64,000 nt of DNA from an uncultured Acetatifactor sp. (GTDB taxonomy: Bacteria > Bacillota > Clostridia > Lachnospirales > Lachnospiraceae): contig CAJUSI010000010.1 in the NCBI GenBank assembly GCA_910589035.1, positions 3,863 to 67,862 on the forward strand, in the 5' to 3' direction. Below are positions 1 through 9,386 of the stretch, one piece after another. The translations under genes and the position numbers were made by a program. Within the stretch, counting starts at the first letter, position 1. The number at the start of each line of letters is the position of its first letter. A model generated the notes under the pieces. The model was not told the origin of the DNA. It did not search any database and saw nothing but the letters and a program-made list of their open reading frames with translations.

Positions 1-123
1 ATAATTGCCCCGCTTCATTTTTTGGGAAAACGCCTGCGGTGACTTATCCACTTTTCCGCTGATTTCTGCAAAAGTCATATTAGTTTTCACCGCCAATATT
101 TTTAACTGTTCATCTATTCGCAT
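1..123 (-). CDS. Small XRE/Cro-like helix-turn-helix DNA-binding protein (5' part; runs off the window edge)
   Basis: Hand translation MRIDEQLKILAVKTNMTFAEISGKVDKSPQAFSQKMKRGNY; GGAGGTGA RBS upstream; not in the ORF track. Confidence 0.7.
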   Translation of the reverse strand, partial: MRIDEQLKILAVKTNMTFAEISGKVDKSPQAFSQKMKRGNY

Positions 124-269
124 GCCATCACCTCCCAATTTATTATAAACGTTTTTGTTTATATTATCAATATTTTCGTTTATTTGCTTGTTTTTTTCAC
201 ATATATCAAGCATGCCGCAGACTTCTGATCTGCCTTTTTTGTCAAAAACCAGGCTTTCTTTTTCAAACT

Positions 270-298
270 GCATAATTCCTTATCAATGGGGCAAACTG
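270..298 (+). promoter_or_regulatory. Possible sigmaF-type sporulation promoter
   Basis: GCATA-N14/15-GGGCAAACTG upstream of the spoIIQ-like gene; spoIIQ is sigmaF-dependent in model spore formers. Confidence 0.4.
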
Positions 299-362
299 AT
301 AGCGAACAATACAAAAGATTTTAAAGACAAGCTTAATTCAGTTGAAGGAAGGAAAGGCAGCT

Positions 363-1334
363 ATGAGAAGGAATAGAAGGAACGATTCTAAGAAAGAACG
401 CACTATTATGATTGCCTCATCCGCGTTTGTGCTGGCGGCATTGACCATGACGGGGATCTACATGAAGTCGAATAATGCAGAGGAACAGGATGACGGTTAT
501 ACCCTTGATTTTACGTCGCTGGAAGAGAATGTGGACGACAAATTCCAGGAGATCGCCCGGAACAATCAGGAAAGCCAGGAACAGCAGCCGGAAGCCGATA
601 TGGGAGCCGGGGAAACGGGAATGCCTGTCGAAGAGATTCTCCCGGAAACAGGGCATCCTCAGGATGATCTGGATTACCTGCCCATGGAGGCGGGCTCCGA
701 CCTTGTGACGATTCCCGGGCTGACCGATAATCAGACGGAAGCCGGGCAGAACGGGGTGAACTCCGCGGATGTGGATGAGAATATGGATATCGCGGACACC
801 GGCGACACGGATGTCATATCTCCTCAGGAGGAGACGCCTTCCGCGGATTCCGAAGCAGCAGAGTCCGCCCGGGAGGACGAAAGCGCAAACGGGAATGAGG
901 TCATTGCGGAGACATTGAATTTCAACGAAAGCGACGGCCTGCTGCGTCCTGTGAGCGGGGAGGTGCTGATTCCTTTCAGCATGGAGGGAAGCGTCTACTT
1001 TTCTACGTTGGACCAGTTTAAATACAACCCGGCTCTCATGATAGCGGCGGAAAAGGGAAGCGCTGTGGTTGCCTCTGCCAGGGGCCAGGTGGTGGACATT
1101 TTCCAGAACGAGGAGATCGGGCATGCCGTCACAATGGAATTGGGAAACGGATACCGCATAACCTACGGGCAGGTTGAAAATATCAATGTGGCACTGGGCA
1201 GCTATGTGGAGACGGGAGAAACCATCGCCACAGTGGCGGCGCCCACCAAGTATTACACCGTGGAGGGCAGCAATCTGTATGTGAAGGTTACGGCGAACGG
1301 CAATCCCGTGAACCCGGAACTGCTGTTCCGATAG
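363..1334 (+). CDS. M23-family peptidase-like membrane protein, SpoIIQ-like
   Basis: N-terminal TM helix, long acidic linker, C-terminal degenerate M23/LytM domain (GQVVDI...VNPELL). Confidence 0.75.
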   Translation: MRRNRRNDSKKERTIMIASSAFVLAALTMTGIYMKSNNAEEQDDGYTLDFTSLEENVDDKFQEIARNNQESQEQQPEADMGAGETGMPVEEILPETGHPQDDLDYLPMEAGSDLVTIPGLTDNQTEAGQNGVNSADVDENMDIADTGDTDVISPQEETPSADSEAAESAREDESANGNEVIAETLNFNESDGLLRPVSGEVLIPFSMEGSVYFSTLDQFKYNPALMIAAEKGSAVVASARGQVVDIFQNEEIGHAVTMELGNGYRITYGQVENINVALGSYVETGETIATVAAPTKYYTVEGSNLYVKVTANGNPVNPELLFR

Positions 1335-1345
1335 AGGAGAAGTAT

Positions 1346-2548
1346 ATGTATATTATCGGTGGATTGATCAAGACAATGGCCGGCAGGGATATCCGGGACG
1401 GATGCATTCGGATTCAGGACGGGAAAATAGCGGAAATCGGAAGGCGGGATGAAGTAAAATTTCATCCCGCTCCTTGCGAAGAGGTGATTGAGATCAGAGA
1501 CGGGCTGATTATGCCCGGTATTATTGAAGCCCATTGCCATATGGGGATTACCGAGGAGAAAAAGGGGATGGAGGGGGATGACTGCAATGAGACGGTGGAT
1601 CCAGTCACGCCTTATTTAAGGGCTCTGGATGCTGTCAACACCATGGATGCCGCCTTTGACGACGCTGTTCGGGCGGGAATCACCTCGGCCATGATAGGGC
1701 CGGGAAGCTCCAATGTTGTGGGCGGGCAGTTTGCATTCCTGAAGACCCGGGGCCGGAGAGTGGATGACCTGGTGGTGAAGGCGCCGGCCGCCATGAAGGT
1801 GGCCTTCGGCGAGAATCCCAAGGTGAATTATTCCGGCCAGGGGAAGAGTCCCTCCACCAGAATGGCCATTGCCGCAATCCTGAGACAGGAGCTGAACAGG
1901 GCGAAGGCGTACCAGGAAAAAAAGAGAAAGGCCCTTGAAAACGGTGAAGAATTTGAGGAGGATTTTACCCTGGAATGCTGGCTTCCTGTGCTGCGGGGGG
2001 AAATTTCCCTGAAGGCCCATGTGCACCGGGTGGACGATATCTTTACCGCTGTCAGGATCGCCAGGGAATTCGGACTGAAAATGACCCTGGACCACTGCTC
2101 GGAAGGGCATCTGATTGCGGAGGAGCTGGCCGGGGAAGGCTTCCCGGCTATTGTGGGCCCCGATCTGGCCAGCAGGAACAAGATCGAAGTGCAGAATATG
2201 GCCTTTAAGACCGTGGGGGTGCTGAACCGGGCAGGGGTCATGACGGCCATTACCACGGACCACCCCGTATCCCTGATTCAGTCCCTTCCCCTCTGCGCCG
2301 GACTGGCTGTGAAATCCGGCCTGGCGCTGGAGGAGGGATATAAGGCCATCACTATCCATCCGGCGGTCATCTGCGGGGTGGCAGACAGAGTGGGCAGCCT
2401 GGAGGTGGGAAAGGATGCGGATATCGCCATTTTTACCGGAAACCCCATGGAAGTGTTTACAAGGACCCTGTACACCATCATTGACGGTAAAGTGGTATAT
2501 GATGCACGGCGGGAAGAACAGCAGGAAGAGAATCCGCCAGGGGATTAA
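1346..2548 (+). CDS. Amidohydrolase (metal-dependent hydrolase)
   Basis: PGIIEAHCH metal motif, ITTDHP, GSLEVGKDADIAI. Confidence 0.85.
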   Translation: MYIIGGLIKTMAGRDIRDGCIRIQDGKIAEIGRRDEVKFHPAPCEEVIEIRDGLIMPGIIEAHCHMGITEEKKGMEGDDCNETVDPVTPYLRALDAVNTMDAAFDDAVRAGITSAMIGPGSSNVVGGQFAFLKTRGRRVDDLVVKAPAAMKVAFGENPKVNYSGQGKSPSTRMAIAAILRQELNRAKAYQEKKRKALENGEEFEEDFTLECWLPVLRGEISLKAHVHRVDDIFTAVRIAREFGLKMTLDHCSEGHLIAEELAGEGFPAIVGPDLASRNKIEVQNMAFKTVGVLNRAGVMTAITTDHPVSLIQSLPLCAGLAVKSGLALEEGYKAITIHPAVICGVADRVGSLEVGKDADIAIFTGNPMEVFTRTLYTIIDGKVVYDARREEQQEENPPGD

Positions 2549-2732
2549 ATCTTCAGGCGCTTTTTTACTTTGCGCCGGAAGGAGTTTGTGATAAAATAGA
2601 TTTTGCCTGTGATAGGGCATATCCGCCAGTCATTCATCTGCGGTTCTCGGAATAAGTATCAATAGATGGAAGCCGTCGGACCATCGGGATCCTGCGATGG
2701 TCCGGGCAGATTGGCGGAAGGGTTGTTTTATC

Positions 2733-4004
2733 ATGAAAATAGTGGTTTTGGCTGGCGGAATCAGCACGGAGAGGGATGTGTCGCTGAGCTCCGGAAATAT
2801 GATTTACAGGGCGCTTAAGAAAAACGGGCATCGGGCGATTCTGCTGGATGTGTATCTGGGATACGAGGGGGATACGGAGGGAATCTTTGAGCGGGATACC
2901 GACTGGGCAGCCCGGATGGCGTCGGTTGGTGCGGAGGCTCCGGATGCGGCCCGGATGGTGTCGGTTGGTGCGGAGGCTCCGGATGCGGCCCGGACAGCGT
3001 CGGTTGGTGCGGAGGCTTCGGATGCGGCCCGGACGGCGTCGGTTGGTGCGGAGGCTTCGGATGCAGCCCGGACGGCGTCGGTTGGTGCGGAGGCTTCGGA
3101 TGCAGCCCGGACGGCGTCGGTTGGTGCGGAGGCTCCGGATGCAGGCCGGTTGGTGTCGGTTGGAGAGAAGGCTCCGGACCTGGATGCGGTTCGGGCGCTG
3201 CGGGGAGAGGGAGCCCAGGGCTTTTTCGGCCCGAAGGTATTGGAGCTCTGCGCCGAAGCGGACTGCGTGTTCCTGGCCCTTCACGGCGCGTGCGGTGAGG
3301 ACGGACGTGTACAGGCCTGCTTTGAGCTTCTGGGGATTCCCTGCACGGGGGCCGATTTTACCGGTTCCTGCCTGGCTATGGACAAGGGGATTACGAAGGA
3401 CATTTTCAGGGCGCATCAAATCCCCACGCCCTCCGGGATCCGGCTGAAAAAGGACGGATCCCGGGAAAAGAGCATTCCCTACCCATGCATTGTGAAAGCC
3501 TCCTGCGGCGGCTCCAGCATAGGCGTCCGCATCGCCCGGAATGATGCGGAATACCGGCAGGCCCTGGAGGAAGCTTTTCAGTACGGGGATGAGGTGATTG
3601 TGGAGGAGTACATCAAGGGGAGGGAGTTCTCCGTGGGGGTCATGGACGGCAGGGCGCTGCCCGTGATAGAGATGGCGCCCCGGGAGGGCTTTTATGATTA
3701 CAGGAACAAATACCAGGCGGGAACCACAGTGGAGACCTGTCCGGCGGTACTTCCCCGGGAGAAGACCCGGGAAATTCAGGAGATCGCCGAGAAAGTGTTT
3801 CAGGCGCTGCGGCTGAAAAGCTATACCCGCATGGATTTCGTCATGAGTCCGCAGGGCCGGGTCTTCTGCCTGGAGGCCAATACGCTGCCCGGAATGACGG
3901 CCACCTCCCTTCTGCCCCAGGAAGCTGCCGCGGCGGGAATGGACTTCGGCATGCTGTGCGAAGAGATTCTGAGGATGTGCGCCGAAGCGGAGAAGAAGGC
4001 TTAA
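2733..4004 (+). CDS. ddl: D-alanine--D-alanine ligase with an internal tandem-repeat insertion
   Basis: GGISTERDVSLSSG, ALHGACGEDG, GSSIG, FYDYRNKY, LEANTLPGMT. Confidence 0.92.
   Translation: MKIVVLAGGISTERDVSLSSGNMIYRALKKNGHRAILLDVYLGYEGDTEGIFERDTDWAARMASVGAEAPDAARMVSVGAEAPDAARTASVGAEASDAARTASVGAEASDAARTASVGAEASDAARTASVGAEAPDAGRLVSVGEKAPDLDAVRALRGEGAQGFFGPKVLELCAEADCVFLALHGACGEDGRVQACFELLGIPCTGADFTGSCLAMDKGITKDIFRAHQIPTPSGIRLKKDGSREKSIPYPCIVKASCGGSSIGVRIARNDAEYRQALEEAFQYGDEVIVEEYIKGREFSVGVMDGRALPVIEMAPREGFYDYRNKYQAGTTVETCPAVLPREKTREIQEIAEKVFQALRLKSYTRMDFVMSPQGRVFCLEANTLPGMTATSLLPQEAAAAGMDFGMLCEEILRMCAEAEKKA
2907..3179 (+). repeat. 39-bp in-frame tandem repeat, 7 copies (AAR[MT]ASVGAEA[PS]D) inside ddl
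   Basis: Unit GCRGCCCGGAYRGYGTCGGTTGGTGCGGAGGCTYCGGAT read directly; last copy more diverged. Confidence 0.95.
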
Positions 4005-4158
4005 AAAGGGAATCGGCGTGAAAGATGGGTGAAAATTTGGTGACTGCCGGGAACTGCCGTCAACATACAATATGTGGTTGTGAGTACTGATTGATCACAG
4101 CCTATGTTAAAGGAGGACGGTCATTTTCCGGCAGCACCGGGAAGGATAGGGAGAGAGG

Positions 4159-5640
4159 ATGAATTTAACGATTGCTGAAATTGCACAGGCCTGCGGAGGC
4201 AGACTGGTACTGCGGGGAGAGGGGGCGGACGCCGGTACCTGTGTAAAAAATGTGGAGATCGATTCCAGAAAAGTGCAGCCCGGAGGCGTGTTTATCGCCG
4301 TCGAGGGAGAACGGGTGGACGGACATAGATTTATTTCGGATGTATTTGCAAAGGGAGTCCTGCTTGCGGTGACCCGGAAAAACCCTGAGCAGGTGGAAAC
4401 GGAGCACGGCTGCAAAGCGGCAGGATGGGGCTCTTACCTTCTGGTGGAGGACCCTCTCCAGGCCTTAAAGGAGATTGCGGAGGCCTACCGGAAGAAGCTT
4501 TCCGCCAAAATCGTGGGGATTACCGGCAGCGTGGGCAAGACCAGCACCAAGGAGGCTATCGCCGCCGTACTGGCCGAAAAATACTGTGTTTTGAAGACAG
4601 AGGGAAATCTGAATAACGAGATCGGAGTACCGCTGACACTGCTGAGCATTCGGGAGGAACATCAGGCGGCGGTGGTGGAAATGGGGATCAGCGATTTCGG
4701 AGAGATGCACAGACTCAGCAGGATGGCGCGTCCCGATATCTGCGTGATCACCAATATCGGCCAGAGCCATCTGAACAATCTGATCGACAGGGACGGTATT
4801 TTGAGGGCCAAGTCGGAGATTTTCGACTACATGGCTCCGGACGGGGAAATCTGCCTCTACGGCGGGGATGACAAGCTGAACGGACTGCAGGAGATCAAAG
4901 GGCATAAGCCCCATTTCTTCGGATTGGGAGAGAACCCGGAGGAAGAGGTGGCGGCTGTGGAGATCACGGAGAGAGGGCTGCTGGGAAGCGACGCCACCCT
5001 GGTGATACATAGAACGGAGGAAGGGGAGGAGAGGAGTCTCCGGCTGCCGGTCCATACGCCTCTGCCCGGCCGGCATATGGTTCTGAATGCGGCGGCGGCG
5101 GCCTGTGTTGCAGAGCTGCTGGGCCTGACGGGGGAGGAGATTGCGGCGGGAATCGGCAAAATCTCCACAATCAGCGGAAGAAACAATCTGATACAACTGC
5201 CCCGGTACATCCTGATCGACGACTGCTATAATGCGAATCCCGCATCCATGAAGGCCGCCATAGAACTGCTTTCCCTGGCCGATACGGAAAGGGTCGCCAT
5301 ACTGGGAGATATGCTGAACCTGGGAGAGGAATCCCCTATGCTGCATGAGGAGGTGGGACGGCAGGCCATCGCGGCAGGGGCGGACTGCCTGATCTGCGTG
5401 GGGGAGGAATCCCGCTGCATGTTCCGGGCTGCGCAGCGGCAAAAGGAGGAAGAAGCCGGCTCCGGAAAAGATATTAATCCGAAAATTCTACATTTCGACG
5501 ACAGACATGAACTTCTGAAGGTGCTTGCGGCACAGGGGGAGGAGCTAATACCGAAGGGAGCCGCCGTTCTGCTCAAGGCGTCCCACGACATGGGCTTTGC
5601 GGATATCCTGGCTTACCTGCGAGAGGCAGGCGCACACTGA
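4159..5640 (+). CDS. murF: UDP-N-acetylmuramoyl-tripeptide--D-alanyl-D-alanine ligase
   Basis: DSRKV, GITGSVGKTSTKE, NNEIGVPLTL, DDCYNANP, LGDML, LLKAS. Confidence 0.93.
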   Translation: MNLTIAEIAQACGGRLVLRGEGADAGTCVKNVEIDSRKVQPGGVFIAVEGERVDGHRFISDVFAKGVLLAVTRKNPEQVETEHGCKAAGWGSYLLVEDPLQALKEIAEAYRKKLSAKIVGITGSVGKTSTKEAIAAVLAEKYCVLKTEGNLNNEIGVPLTLLSIREEHQAAVVEMGISDFGEMHRLSRMARPDICVITNIGQSHLNNLIDRDGILRAKSEIFDYMAPDGEICLYGGDDKLNGLQEIKGHKPHFFGLGENPEEEVAAVEITERGLLGSDATLVIHRTEEGEERSLRLPVHTPLPGRHMVLNAAAAACVAELLGLTGEEIAAGIGKISTISGRNNLIQLPRYILIDDCYNANPASMKAAIELLSLADTERVAILGDMLNLGEESPMLHEEVGRQAIAAGADCLICVGEESRCMFRAAQRQKEEEAGSGKDINPKILHFDDRHELLKVLAAQGEELIPKGAAVLLKASHDMGFADILAYLREAGAH

Positions 5641-5798
5641 CCGGCATAAGTGCCGCGAAAGTATTGGAAGACTGCCGCCGGAGCAACGCAAATGCATCAC
5701 TTCGCGGGGAGAGCACTGCGGTGAAAAGAAATTATGCCGCTGAAGCTGCCTGCCGCAGACGCGGTGCATTTGCGGCGCAGAAGCCCGTATGGATTCTT

Positions 5799-5827
5799 TC
5801 TTAGGAAAATCTTAACTTTATTCTAAT
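5799..5827 (+). promoter_or_regulatory. Putative OmpR/VanR-type direct-repeat binding boxes
   Basis: TCTTAGG / TCTTAAC / TTCTAAT at an 11-bp period upstream of the response regulator. Confidence 0.5.
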
Positions 5828-5839
5828 GGCTTTATAGTA

Positions 5840-6152
5840 AAATGACTGTATACCAGGCTCAGCCGGATGCCATGCCCTGTACTGCTAAATGTCCTGACAA
5901 CGCTTTTTCCTATTCGGATACACATCCCAAAGCGGGCGGAAAGAGACTGGCTGAGCATTGTATAGACTCATTTATAGTAAAGTAATGTGAAATGATATAG
6001 TCTCTCGGAATCTTCTGGCAGAAAACAGCGATTTCCGATTCGGGTTTTCGTAAATGGCGGGGGAAGTTATCAAAATGCTGTCCCGAAAGCCGCATAAAAT
6101 AAGGCCAGGAGATTCCGGGAGGCATTTGGCTGAGCCGGCTGTATAGTCATTT
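5840..6152. mobile_element. MITE-like non-coding element with ~32-bp imperfect terminal inverted repeats, containing a nested 120-bp repeat
   Basis: Left AAATGACTGTATACCAGGCTCAGCCGGATGCC; right end reverse-complemented AAATGACTATACAGCCGGCTCAGCCAAATGCC. Confidence 0.55.
6002..6121. repeat. Dispersed ~120-bp repeat with 12-bp terminal inverted repeats, copy 1
   Basis: CTCTCGGAATCT...GCCGCATAAAATAAGGCC...AGATTCCGGGAG; second copy at 56464-56582. Confidence 0.85.
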
Positions 6153-6188
6153 AATGCCGGGATCATATTCCGAAAAGGGAGAATAGTT

Positions 6189-6881
6189 ATGAGCGAAACG
6201 ATATTGGTGGCGGATGACGAGAGGGAGATTGCGGAGCTGGTGGCCCTGTACCTGGAAAACGAGGGCTTTCAGGTAATCAAATGTTATGACGGAAGCACTG
6301 CGCTGGCGTATGTGGAGGGGCAGCAGCCGGATCTGGCGGTGCTGGATATTATGCTGCCCGGAGTCAGCGGACTGGATATCTGCCGGAAAATCCGGGAGAG
6401 ATACAATTATCCCATTATCATGCTGACAGCCAAGGGGGAAGAGACGGACAAGATCACGGGGCTGACCATGGGCGCGGACGATTATATGACCAAGCCCTTT
6501 CTGCCCCTGGAGCTGGTGGCCAGGGTGAAGGCCCAGCTGAGGCGCTACAAGAGATACAATACCGGTGCTCCCAGGGAGGACGTATTGGAGATTTCCGGTC
6601 TGGTCCTCAATGTCGGGACTCATGAATGCTTTCTAAACGAAAAACCGTTGAATCTTACACCCACGGAATTCTCCATTCTTCGCATTCTCTGCCAGAAAAA
6701 GGGACAGGTAGTCAGTGCGGAGGAGCTTTTTCATCTGATCTGGGAGGACGAGTATTATACGAAAAACAACAATACGATCACGGTACATATACGGCATCTG
6801 AGGGAGAAGATGGGGGATTCCTTCGAAAATCCGAAGTACATCAAGACGGTATGGGGGTGTGGATATAAAGTTGAAGGTTAA
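6189..6881 (+). CDS. OmpR-family response regulator, VanR-like
   Basis: Receiver plus winged-helix domains; LDIMLPG, NNTITVHIRHLREKM and KYIKTVWG resemble VanR. Confidence 0.9.
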   Translation: MSETILVADDEREIAELVALYLENEGFQVIKCYDGSTALAYVEGQQPDLAVLDIMLPGVSGLDICRKIRERYNYPIIMLTAKGEETDKITGLTMGADDYMTKPFLPLELVARVKAQLRRYKRYNTGAPREDVLEISGLVLNVGTHECFLNEKPLNLTPTEFSILRILCQKKGQVVSAEELFHLIWEDEYYTKNNNTITVHIRHLREKMGDSFENPKYIKTVWGCGYKVEG

Positions 6882-8031
6882 GGCGAGACTGAAGAGGATA
6901 TTGATCACCATCTTACTGCTGATAGGGGGCTTTTTCCTGTGCCATTTTATTTATGTGGTGATCGACAGAGGCTTAAACGGTTATGTGGTGGACCGTTTTG
7001 AGGAAGAATACATGTCCCACCAATGGGTGGAGCTGGAGGGCGGCGAGGAGGGCTATTACAACCACCGGATTAGCTGGTGGAGGGTGAAGGAATTATTATA
7101 TGAAGCCTTTCTGGTACTCATTATCGTATGGGTACTGTCCCTGAGGCTGGCCTCCGTTCTCTATGCATCCCGCAGGGAGAAGAAAATCATCCATGCCGCC
7201 AGCGGAATGATCAGCGACTATATGCGCTATAACAGGGGAGCCGCAGAGGTGTTTCCGGAGGAATACGCGGAGCTGTCCCTGCAGGCAGAGGAGCTGAAGG
7301 TGAGCATGCAGCGCAACGAACAGATGCTGAAGGAGGAGGCCGCCAGGAAAAACGATCTGATCACCTACCTGGCCCACGATCTGAAGACGCCCCTGACCTC
7401 CGTGATCGGATATCTGAGCCTGCTGGAGGAGGTTCCCGAGATGCCTGCCGCACAGAAGGCGAAATATACGCATATCGCATTGGATAAGGCCATGCGCCTG
7501 GAGAAACTGATCAACGAATTCTTTGAGATCACACGCTATAATTTACAGCAGATTATTCTGGAGAAGGAGACGGTGGATCTGTCCTTTATGCTGGTACAGA
7601 TGACGGACGAATTCTATCCCATCCTGAATACTCACGGGAATACACTCCGGCTGGAGCTGCCGCCGGAGAAGGAGGGGGAAGAGGGGATCACAATCTATGC
7701 GGATTCCGAGAAGCTGGCAAGGGTATTCAACAATATCCTGAAAAACGCCGTGGCCTACAGCTATCCCAATACGGAAATTCTGGTTAGCTGCAGGGAGAAG
7801 GCCGGAAAGGCGGTTATCACCTTCTCCAATCATGGGAAAACGATCCCGGAACAACGGCTGAACGCTATCTTTGACAAATTCTTCCGGCTGGACGACGCCC
7901 GCTCCACCAACAGCGGAGGCGCGGGGCTGGGACTTGCCATCGCCAGGGAGATAGTAACCCTTCACGGGGGAAGCATCACGGCGGACAGCCGGGACGAAAT
8001 CATTACATTTACGGTGACCCTGCCTGTTTAG
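6871..8031 (+). CDS. Sensor histidine kinase, VanS-like (start could be 6859)
   Basis: Two TM helices; YLAHDLKTPLTSVIGYLSLL H-box; NILKNA N-box; GAGLGLAIA G2-box. Confidence 0.9.
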   Translation: MKVKARLKRILITILLLIGGFFLCHFIYVVIDRGLNGYVVDRFEEEYMSHQWVELEGGEEGYYNHRISWWRVKELLYEAFLVLIIVWVLSLRLASVLYASRREKKIIHAASGMISDYMRYNRGAAEVFPEEYAELSLQAEELKVSMQRNEQMLKEEAARKNDLITYLAHDLKTPLTSVIGYLSLLEEVPEMPAAQKAKYTHIALDKAMRLEKLINEFFEITRYNLQQIILEKETVDLSFMLVQMTDEFYPILNTHGNTLRLELPPEKEGEEGITIYADSEKLARVFNNILKNAVAYSYPNTEILVSCREKAGKAVITFSNHGKTIPEQRLNAIFDKFFRLDDARSTNSGGAGLGLAIAREIVTLHGGSITADSRDEIITFTVTLPV

Positions 8032-8058
8032 ACCGCTGTACGGCGATATAGTGAGTCT

Positions 8059-8817
8059 TTATGCGTTGATATTTTTATCGGGGAAATATTCTTCCCTGAG
8101 CAGGAAATATTCTTTGGAAATAAGCTCCCGGATATTGGCACCGATATTCTTCTTCTCCTCCCGGCTCATTTCTTTCAGGTAGATGGGCTGTTCGAAGGAA
8201 ATCACCACAGTGGCTTTTTTGACTCTGGGAAAATGATCCTCAAACAGACCGGCGGAGTTTATGATCACCATGGGAACTATGGGGATGCCGCCTTTCTCCG
8301 CAATCTTAAAGCTGCCCTCATGGAAGGGGAGAAAGGTATCGTTTACCTTATTGCGGGTTCCCTCGGGAAAGATGCACAGGGAGGTTCCGCTCTTCACTTC
8401 CTCCACGCCCTTGAGGATGGTTTTCAGTCCCTCTTTGATATTATCACGATCCAGGAAAAGGCAGTGGATATTTCTCATCCAGTTCTTAAGCAACGGATAA
8501 CGCAGCATCTCCTTCTTGGCCACATATCCGGTAATCCCGGGAAAGTAAAGATAGGAAAGTACAATGTCAAAATAGCTGCGGTGATTGCCCACAAACAAGG
8601 CAGCGCTGTCCGTGGGAATATTCTCCTGTCCTTTTACAATGACCCTGGCGCCGGAGAGAAAAGCGATGCAGCGAAACCCCCATCTTACGATTGCTCTGGA
8701 GCTTCTGTCCTTCAGGCCGGGATTTCTTTTTCCTATCAGCCATTCCAATACCAGCACAGGAATGCTCAACACCAGAAACAGGAACAGATATAATGCCACA
8801 ATAATCAGACGAATCAT
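8059..8817 (-). CDS. plsC: 1-acyl-sn-glycerol-3-phosphate acyltransferase
   Basis: NHRSYFD and FPEGTR motifs. Confidence 0.9.
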   Translation of the reverse strand: MIRLIIVALYLFLFLVLSIPVLVLEWLIGKRNPGLKDRSSRAIVRWGFRCIAFLSGARVIVKGQENIPTDSAALFVGNHRSYFDIVLSYLYFPGITGYVAKKEMLRYPLLKNWMRNIHCLFLDRDNIKEGLKTILKGVEEVKSGTSLCIFPEGTRNKVNDTFLPFHEGSFKIAEKGGIPIVPMVIINSAGLFEDHFPRVKKATVVISFEQPIYLKEMSREEKKNIGANIRELISKEYFLLREEYFPDKNINA

Positions 8818-8922
8818 GCTATCAACCTCTTTATTATTTTATACAATCCTTTTTATTCTAGCATACAGATATCAAACTGTACATAGAATTAGTAAAAGAT
8901 TGATAAAATCTGCGAGGTTTTA

Positions 8923-9369
8923 ATGAAGATATTTTTATCAGGAGCAAAGGAGAAGAAATACCGGAGAAGGGGCGTGCTCTGCGGAATTCTGGCAGCGTGG
9001 GTGCTTCTGGCGGGCGGATGTACTTTTTTAAGCCAGGAGAAGATAAAGCTGAGGGATCTGGACTTTACGGTGCTCAGTGAGGAGAAGATACCGGAGCAGC
9101 TGTCGGCAATTATTGAGGAAAAGAAGGAAAGCGCCTTTCAGATTACCTACACGGATAATGCCAATCTCTACATATGTATCGGTTATGGGAAACAGGAGAC
9201 GGGAGGCTACAGCATTGCGGTGGATGAGCTCTATCTGACAGATACGAATATCTGCGTAAGCACCACGCTGCTGGGTCCGGAGGCCTCCGAGAAATCCAAC
9301 AAGACGCCGTCCCATCCCTATATCGTGATAAAGACGGAGTTTCTGGAGCAGACGGTGACCTTTGAATGA
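8923..9369 (+). CDS. PrcB C-terminal domain lipoprotein
   Basis: Lipobox LAGGC; YGKQETGGYSIAV; C-terminal PYIVIK. Confidence 0.7.
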   Translation: MKIFLSGAKEKKYRRRGVLCGILAAWVLLAGGCTFLSQEKIKLRDLDFTVLSEEKIPEQLSAIIEEKKESAFQITYTDNANLYICIGYGKQETGGYSIAVDELYLTDTNICVSTTLLGPEASEKSNKTPSHPYIVIKTEFLEQTVTFE

Positions 9370-9386
9370 AGGCGGAATCGCTATTG

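Noticed and set aside
2733..8031. Vancomycin resistance operon
   Set aside because: The ligase keeps D-Ala-D-Ala-type motifs and vanH/X/Y/T/W are absent from the window
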